This document shows positions 63,643 through 64,000 of a DNA stretch of 64,000 bases, one piece after another. How positions within the stretch are numbered: position 1 is the first letter of the stretch; each line of letters begins with the position of its first letter. The notes beneath the pieces were generated by a model that saw only the letters and a list, made by a program, of their open reading frames with translations, searched no databases and was not told the DNA's origin. Position numbers and translations under genes: made by a program. The DNA is from Epiperipatus broadwayi (Eukaryota; Animalia; Onychophora), in assembly GCA_028023455.1 (NCBI GenBank), contig JAQFVV010000002.1, positions 33,418,001 to 33,482,000 of the forward strand, in the 5' to 3' direction.

Positions 63643-64000
63643 ATAAACAAGGCAAAATTCTCCATACAGTAGTGCCACCCTGTGCCAACCAAAGTAATCA
63701 ATGGATGCCAGAAGGTTTGTGCATAAAATCCCTATCTAATGCCTATTCATCCAATATCCCCAGACTAGTTTCTGGCTTGTGGCCTTCATCAGTGAGGAGC
63801 TTTGGATCTGAGAGCACTGCACCTAGATCTTAGGATCTAATGCAATCCTCCAGTAACCACCTTTTATCTCTACTTAACTATAAAACTATGAGAATGAAAT
63901 TGAAAACAAAAAATATTTTCAATCTAAGCTCAATAGCTTATATAGTCATATGGGTCTGAATTCAGTTCAGCACCCATACATTTTGGTGTTTTTGGCTCTT
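63643..64000 (-). mobile_element. HHR-1 family copy with an intact-looking hammerhead (63757-63798), cut by the window edge
   Basis: Reverse complement of most of 58510-58850 at high identity. Confidence 0.85.

Noticed and set aside
1291-63833. Short ORFs at 1291, 25163, 36316, 63558 and the many 60-100 aa low-complexity ORFs
   Set aside because: They fall in non-coding repeats or AT-rich DNA, are F/I/L/K-biased and show no recognisable domain.
1217-64000. CRISPR array or other prokaryotic system
   Set aside because: The repeats are dispersed, long and TSD-flanked, with no repeat-spacer periodicity; the DNA is eukaryotic with spliceosomal introns.

Overview
AT-rich animal genomic DNA, probably from an arthropod; the species cannot be determined from the sequence. 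The only recognisable host gene is a minus-strand mitochondrial carrier of the SLC25A29 (basic amino acid transporter) type. It has an 84-nt exon (23117-23200) and a 723-nt terminal exon (177-899) separated by a 22.2-kb phase-0 intron; I could not find its first exon(s). The rest is intron or intergenic DNA full of decayed mobile elements: RTE LINE remnants, a 4.1-kb hAT element with an intact 8-bp TSD, a solo LTR with a 5-bp TSD, tRNA-Gly-derived sequences and a tiny MITE. The main result is about 30 whole or partial minimal type-I hammerhead ribozyme (HHR) motifs, found by eye, in at least four non-coding repeat families (my labels HHR-1 to HHR-4). Their stems covary, their stem III is palindromic, two families show monomer-plus-overlap terminal redundancy (about 350 and 465 nt), and one family has a tRNA-like Pol III head. 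Most loci are fold-back insertions, and several are bounded by 8-16 bp TSDs with a recurrent inversion point. This looks like a set of non-autonomous Penelope-dependent or retrozyme-like elements. Activity, circularity and novelty are inferred, not tested. Repeat boundaries are approximate to about 10-20 bp unless a TSD is given.
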